59,003 nucleotides of DNA. It comes from Octopus bimaculoides (taxonomy: Eukaryota). Shown piece after piece: positions 52,743 to 59,003 of this stretch. The notes under the pieces were generated by a model, which was not told the origin of the DNA, did no database searches, and saw only the letters and a list, made by a program, of their open reading frames with translations. The number at the start of each line of letters is the position of its first letter. The first letter of the stretch is position 1. A program made the position numbers and the translations under genes. The stretch is from assembly GCF_001194135.2 (NCBI RefSeq), contig NC_068986.1, positions 4,571,892 to 4,630,894 on the forward strand. Reading direction: 5' to 3'.

Positions 52743-53134
52743 GTATGTCGAAATTGGCAACTCACTTTTTGAATTCATAAGGAACACGCAAACTCTGTTT
52801 TGTATATTAGGATATATATATATATCTGCAAAGATATGCACTCATACACACACACACACAAACACAACTAGTAGGCTTAATTAGTTGTTCTGTTTAACAT
52901 CACCATCTAGCACTTTGCCTTCAGTGGAGACCATTCTGTTGCAAGCATTCAGGCCATGTCTCCAGTTTTAGAATACCAACCATCAAGTCTCAGAGGCTCT
53001 GTAAAAGTCATTAGCATGGATTTCTCTCCTAACTATAAAACAAAAATGAAATCATTTATCAAATATATAGGGCTGAATATTATATTATAATAATTATAAG
53101 ATATCCTAAAGCCACCTTGGTAATGCTTGCCCAT

Positions 53135-53415
53135 GAAGGGCACTGGTGCTGGTGCCATGAAAAAAACACTGTTGCTGGTGCCAAGTAAAAAGGCACTGGT
53201 GATGGTACTATGTAAGAAGCTCCAGTGTTAGTGCCATGCAAAATGCACCCAGTATACTTTGTAAAATGAGTGGTATTAGGAAGGGCAGTAGCTGTTGAAA
53301 CCGAGCCAAAACAAACTCTGGAACCTGATATGGCTCTTGGCCTTGCCAGCTGTGGTCAAACCATCCAACCCATGCCTGCATGGAAAACAGACATTAAATA
53401 ATAATGATGATGGTG
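53135..53415 (+). mobile_element. Family-C element with internal tandem repeats
   Basis: Repeated ggcactggtgctggtgcca units; ends in atgatgatgg. Confidence 0.75.
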
Positions 53416-53918
53416 ACGACAATAATAGTTTTCTAGTCTCAAAAATCCCTTACTTTCCTATATTTGCTGTATATATAATCTTTCTGTATCATATTTTGGG
53501 TGGTGTCTTATAAAAGCAGTTTCTTTGTCTTTTTCTCTTTCCCTTTTTTCCTTGTCAAGTCTTTCTAATTCATTAATCTTCTAATTTGAGATAGTTATGA
53601 ATTATAACTTACGATTGAACCTGCTAGTATTACCTTGTATTAGGAATTTAACTCTATATTTAGTAATTGCATGTGTTTATAGTATTCATTCTTGATCCTT
53701 TTTTATATATAAGGGTCTTTCACTCCCGATTATGTATCAATATGTGTTTGGTCAAAATCTCATATTTCTATTTATTCAATAAAATATTAGTGATTTTTAT
53801 AAATTCTCTTACTTCATTTTATTTCATTGTATTTGTTTTTAAGCCTAATTTTACATGAATACTTCCAGTAAATCTATGCATGATTGGTAGCACTTTTTGT
53901 TCATGTTTTTATCTGCAG

Positions 53919-53958
53919 TCTGCAAATTACGATCATCCATATGCAAAAAATAAAAAAG
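53919..53958 (+). CDS. Candidate small exon (40 nt)
   Basis: tttttgttcatgtttttatctgcAG acceptor and AAG|GTGATT donor; reads SANYDHPYAKNKK. Confidence 0.2.
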
Positions 53959-54027
53959 GTGATTATATTCTCAAAGCAGTTATATTTGAGTTTAGTCTTG
54001 TTTGGCATTTTTATTTATTATTATTGA

Positions 54028-54755
54028 TGGGCTAACTGTATCATTAGTATGCTAGACAAAATGCTTAGCGGCATTTTGTTCATCTTTATGTTCAGAGTCC
54101 AAATTCTTCTGAGATCAGCTTTGTCTTTCATCCTTCCAAGGTTGATGAAATAAGTGTCAGTTGAGCATTACGATTGATGTAATCAACTTACCCCACCCCA
54201 AAATTTCTGGCTTTATACCAAAATTTGAAACCGTTATTAATATTATTATCATTATTATTTAGGCAGCAAGCGGGCAGAATCGTTAGCACGCTGGACGAAA
54301 TTCTTAGCAGTATTTCGCCCATCACTACGTTCTGAGTTCAAATTCTGCCAAGATGAACTTTGCCTTTCATCCTTTCAAGGTCGATAAATTAAGTACCAGT
54401 GAAACACTGGGGTTGATGTAATTGACTGGTTCAAATTCCGCCAGGGTTCACTTTGCCTTTCATCTTTTGGGGTCTATAAATTATGTACCAGTGAAACACC
54501 GGGGTCAATGCAGTTGACTTAGCCACTCACCCCAAATATCAAGCCTTGCACCTTTAGTAGAAATGATTGTTATTATTATTATTAAAGGCAGCAAGCCAGC
54601 AGAATCATTAAGGCGTTGGGAATCTGGGGTCAACTTTACTTTCATCCCTTCAAGTTCAATAAAATAAAGTAGCAGTGTAGTATTGGGATTGATGGTATAA
54701 ACTGACACCCTTTCTTTGAAAATTACTTGTCTTGCACCTTAATTGGAAAGCAATA

Positions 54756-54793
<38 letters not shown>

Positions 54794-56356
54794 TCCGCCT
54801 TAGTGAAGGCGGATTATTTTTTCTGTTTCTTTACTTAATTTTTGAAAGCCGTTGGGTTCATTTTTAGTATTCTTGTTTGTGAGAGCAGTTATTTCAGATA
54901 TTCTCATTTTAAAAATCATCTCTGGCTAATCATCGAGAGGACGTTGATATCGCCTTGGCAGAGATTTGTGCTCTCTGAATGCTCCTGTCATTATTATTAT
55001 TATTAATAAGGTAGTGACCTGGTAGAATCATGCTAGATAATCTGCTGCTTAACAGCATTTCTTTTGGCTTTTTACACCCTGAGTTAAAATGACACTATGA
55101 TCAACTTTGCTTGGGTGAAATAAGTACCAGTGAAATACTGGGATCAATGTAATTGACTAACCCTGATCCTTCAAAATTTCAGGCCTTGTGCCTATAATAG
55201 AAAGAATTATTATTATTACTATTATTATTATTATTATTATTATTATTCAAGGTGGCAAGCTCGCTGCATCATTAGCACACCAAGCAAAATGCTTAGCAGT
55301 ATTTTGTCTGTCTTCGTGTTCTGAGTTCAAATTCAGCCAAGGTTGACTTTGCCTTTCATCCTTTTGAGGTTGATAAATTAAGTACCAGTTGTGTACTGGG
55401 GTAGATGTAATCAACTGGCCCGCCTCCACCAAAATTTCAGGCCTTGTGCCTATAGTAGAAAGGATCATTATTATTATTTATTTTATTATTATAATTATTA
55501 TTATTCAAGGTGTCAAGCTGGCAGAAACGTTAGCATACCAGGAGAAATACTTAGCGGTATTTCATCTGTCTTCACGTACTGAGTTCAAATTCGCCAAGGT
55601 CAACTTTGCCTGTCATCCTTTCAGGGTCAATAAATTAAGTACCAGTGAAACACTGGTACTTAATGTAATCAACTCATCCCCTCCCCCAAAATGGCTGCCC
55701 TTGTGTCAAAATTTGAAACCATTATTATTATCATTATTATTCAAGGCAACAGGCTGGCAGAATCATTAGCATGCTGGACGAAATGCTTAGCGGTATTTCA
55801 CCCAGCACTACATTCTGCGTTCAAATTCCACTGAGTTCAACTTTTGCCTTTCATCCTTTTGGGGTTGATAAATTAAGTACCAGTGGAACACTGGGGTCAA
55901 TGTAATTGACTAGTCCCCTCCCCTACAATTTCAGGCCTTGTGCCTGTAATAAAAAGGATTATTATTATTATTATCATCATTCAACATTTGATAGTTTCAG
56001 GTAGATTTCTACTGCATCACCTGTCACACCTCTGTGTTGCTGAGGTGTCTGCAGCATTGTATGTTGTTGTTATTGTTATTATTATTAATATGGTGGCAAG
56101 CTGTTAGTATGCCAGAGAAACTGCTTAGTGACATTTCATTTGTCTTTATGTTATGAGCTAAAATTCAGCCAAGGTTGACTTTGCCTTTCATCTTTTCAAG
56201 GTCATTAAAATAAGTTCCAACTGAGCACTGAAGTGAATGTCATCAACTATCCCCTTTCCCCAAATTTGGGCTTTGTGCCTATAGTAGAAAGGATAATTAT
56301 TATTATCATTATTATTATTGTTGCTATTATTATTACTATTATTATTATTATTATTC
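54028..56356 (+). mobile_element. Head-to-tail array of about 8 tRNA-derived SINEs (family B, (ATT)n tail)
   Basis: Repeating ~230-bp unit ggcaagctggcagaatcgttagc...gagttcaaattcc(B-box)...ctttgcctttcatcctttc...aagtaccag..ctggggtc...(att)n. Units begin near 54028, 54260, 54584, 55005, 55247, 55506, 55742 and 56087. Confidence 0.9.
54788..54989 (+). mobile_element. HINE / non-autonomous Helentron-like element
   Basis: 5' ctccgcctt..aaggcgga hairpin, matching subterminal gccttggcagag, and a 3' gtgctctctgaatgc hairpin remnant. Inserted in (ATT)n. Confidence 0.55.
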
Positions 56357-57600
56357 AATCAATTTCCATAGCCTAGATAGCTGTCGATGCACAGCTAGAG
56401 AGGTAGCCTTCTACCTTTCCTGGTTATTCAGCCAGTGATCGTCAGCTGTAAACAACTTTGATTGTTGTTTGTCCATGCATGACCATGATTTTCGCTAGAT
56501 GTATTATGTCATAGCGGATGAGCCAGATAACTTCCATGTTTTAACAACTGACCAAGCGGTTTCCTGGATCAGTCTTCCTAACAATGTCTTACCTAACATT
56601 TCTTAGTTCAATATTCTGAATGTAAAACATCACTGTATAACATTTCATTTCAAAAACCATGATCTTTTTTCACATTTTGAATATCAGAAATCCATAATTC
56701 ACATCCAGAATGTACAAATGAAATTACTATTGCTTAAAAAAAAATAAATAAATCTCTGTTTCTATTGAAATCTTTTTATCTTTCCAAATAGGATCTAATT
56801 TTGCTAAAACCATTGTAACTATTTCAATCTGGCATTCTGCTTCTTGCATGGATCTTCCATTAATTCCTTTTTTTTTTCTTTTTCTCAAATATTTAAATCC
56901 ATTAATTTGTTTAAGTGTCTTGTCTGTTATTTCAATTAGATTGACTGTTTTCTTTTTGCTAGCTATTATTTTTTGTTCTACAGCATTTATTTCCATTCCA
57001 TATCTCCTTGTAGTTTCATCCATTTCAATGCTTACATTTGTATCAAGACATTTTATTTTTCTTTAGATTTCAGGGTTCCCCATTATACCCTATTGAATTA
57101 GCATCACTGATAAAACAGTGATTACACACTACCTCTTCCTTTAACATTTCCTCCAAAAAACTCAAGTTCTTCTAACATCATATATTTTAGAAACACGTTA
57201 CAAAGGCAACAACTTTTGTCTTAAACCAGTTATTTGGTGAATTTCCAACCAAAAACCAGACTGTTCATATTATGACTTTATAACATTTACTATTGGTAGA
57301 TTGGTGTCATATTTTCTCATAAGCCATAATGACTATGTCATTCACATTTAAGCTTCTTTTTTTTATTTTTTATTTTTCAATCAATGAAGTTATGGTAAAT
57401 GTCTGACCAATATTCCAAATATTGTTTCCTTCTACAATATCGATATTACAGACCTGTTTAATAAAGTTGCTTTTTCCCTTCTTTGAAAACAAGCTTGTGT
57501 TTCACAAAGTATCATTTTTATTGTTGGTTTCAATTGAACAAATAAACTGTATAACAAAACCTTGCTTGAATAGCTAATTAAACTAATTGCATGGTTGTTA
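56357..57600 (-). mobile_element. Older RTE (BovB-like) LINE, 3' half with (AAT)n tail
   Basis: Decayed ISLISYSSKVLL..LK, ETQACFQR, GNSPNNWFKTKV, then ORF 56727-57023 (RRYGMEINA..K, QINGFKYL, LAKLDPIWKDKKISIETEI). Ends in an AAT microsatellite. Confidence 0.8.
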
Positions 57601-57849
57601 ATTGTTGTTATTATTACTTTATACCCTTGATGGTGATTGTATCCATCACCATTACCACCAACACTGTCATCTCAAGATAAAACAGCTGATTAAAACCACT
57701 CATATCAATTTTCGTTTCTCTGCAATTAATAAAAGAATCCTCAGTAATATATTGGTATTGATTCAGTTAAAGCAGTATATAACTGGTACTTCTGAATTCA
57801 GTTAAATTTCTCTTCCAGTAGAATGTTAATAATATACCGTGTGCAGTTT

Positions 57850-58796
57850 TTACCAAGGCTGGAATTGAACTAATGCTGTTAGTGGGGGGCTGAGGACTGA
57901 ACCTTTGTGGACCCCTACCTCTATCTGGAATTCTTCACTGTACTCTTTGCCAACCCTCACCTTACTGACAGCGTCCCTGTACATGGCTTGCACAGCTCTC
58001 ACTAACCATTCATCTATCCCTAGTTTCCTCATTGACCACCATATAAGGGATCGGGGGACCCTGTCAAAGGCTTTCTCCATGTCAACAAAAGCCAGGTACA
58101 GGGGTTTATCTTTGGTTCGGTATTTCTCCTGCAGCTTTCTTACCAGAAATATAGTATCAGTGGTGCTTTTCCCTGCCACAAAGCCAAACTGCATCTCATC
58201 TACACTAACCCTCTCCCTAATTAGCTGGGCTGCAACCCTCTCTGTGACTTTCATTACCTGATCTAACAGCTTGATACCTCTGTAATTATTTGTATCTAAT
58301 GCATCACCTTTACCTTTGTAGCAGTTGAGTATGGTACTCATACACCAGTCATTGAGTATGACTCCATGTATCACCTGGGTGACTATAAGGGTGACTAGGC
58401 TATAGCCGACACTGCCAGATATTTTGAGCATCTCTGCAGTGATTCCTGATGGGCCGGAGGCTTTCCCTGTTTTCATACCCTTAATTGCTTTATCTACCAA
58501 GGCACTGTCCATTCGTATAGCTGGTCCCTCTGTTGGGTTGGCATTCAGCAGGCTCTCTTTCTCCCATTCATTCTCTTTATTTAGCTACCTTTAATAGTGG
58601 TGTCTCAAAACCTCTCTCATTGCAGCCTCATTTAATGCAAGTGAGCCATCATCCATGCGAACACATTTCTCTCCTATGACATCATGATTCTCTCTCACAC
58701 ACTGTCTCACAGTACGAAATACCTCAAGTCTTTGGTCCTCATGGTGCAGAACATTGGCAAATTTTTTTCTTATCTGGCTACATAAACCTGTCTTCT
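57850..58796 (-). mobile_element. RTE-clade LINE, young internal fragment (linker plus N-terminal RT domains), pseudogenised
   Basis: ORF 57850-58512 has MKTGKASGPSGITAEMLK, KGKGDALDTNNYRGIKLL, QFGFVAGKSTTDTIF, LAFVDMEKAFDRVPR, GVHKGSVLSP. The upstream frame continues (KFANVLHHEDQRLEVFR...RHHY*R*LNKENEW) with two in-frame stops. It ends before YADD. Confidence 0.95.
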
Positions 58797-58817
58797 ATAT
58801 ATATATATATATGTATA

Positions 58818-59003
58818 TCATCATCATCATCATCATCATCGTTTAACGTCCGCTTTCCATGCTAGCATGGGTTGGACGATTTGACTGAGGACTGGTGAAA
58901 CCAGATGGCAACACCAGGCTCCAGTCTAATTTGGCAGAGTTTCTACAGCTGGATGCCCTTACTAACGCCAACCACTCAGAGAGTGTAGTGGGTGCTTTTA
59001 CGT
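58818..59003 (-). mobile_element. Family-C element (runs off the window)
   Basis: (cat)n cgtttaacgtccgctttccatgctagcatggg ... ctggatgccctt. Confidence 0.9.

Noticed and set aside
54028-56356. Repeat-spacer appearance (CRISPR-like)
   Set aside because: Units are ~230-bp SINEs with Pol III boxes and microsatellite linkers, in eukaryotic DNA with no cas genes.

Overview
AT-rich eukaryotic DNA, almost certainly a coleoid cephalopod and probably Octopus (inferred from the SINE families and the dense (TA)n/(CA)n/(ATT)n/(GAT)n microsatellites; five N gaps all abut TA tracts). I cannot identify any host gene. Most listed ORFs are microsatellite read-throughs or the antisense strand of decayed retroelements. 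The only clear protein-coding homology is to non-LTR retrotransposons: RTE (a young 220-aa RT fragment at 57850-58512 plus many older pieces), L2/CR1-like, R4/Dong and Hero. There are also Penelope-like fragments, at least four SINE-type families, and DNA-transposon relics (piggyBac-type MITE, Tc1/mariner ends, a HINE-like element). The most notable structures are (i) several young, nearly loop-less fold-back palindromes, one enclosing a degenerate minimal hammerhead ribozyme, (ii) head-to-tail SINE pile-ups in (ATT)n tracts, and (iii) a few low-confidence exon/micro-exon candidates. Protein-family calls are from motif recognition by eye, not database searches, and repeat boundaries are approximate.
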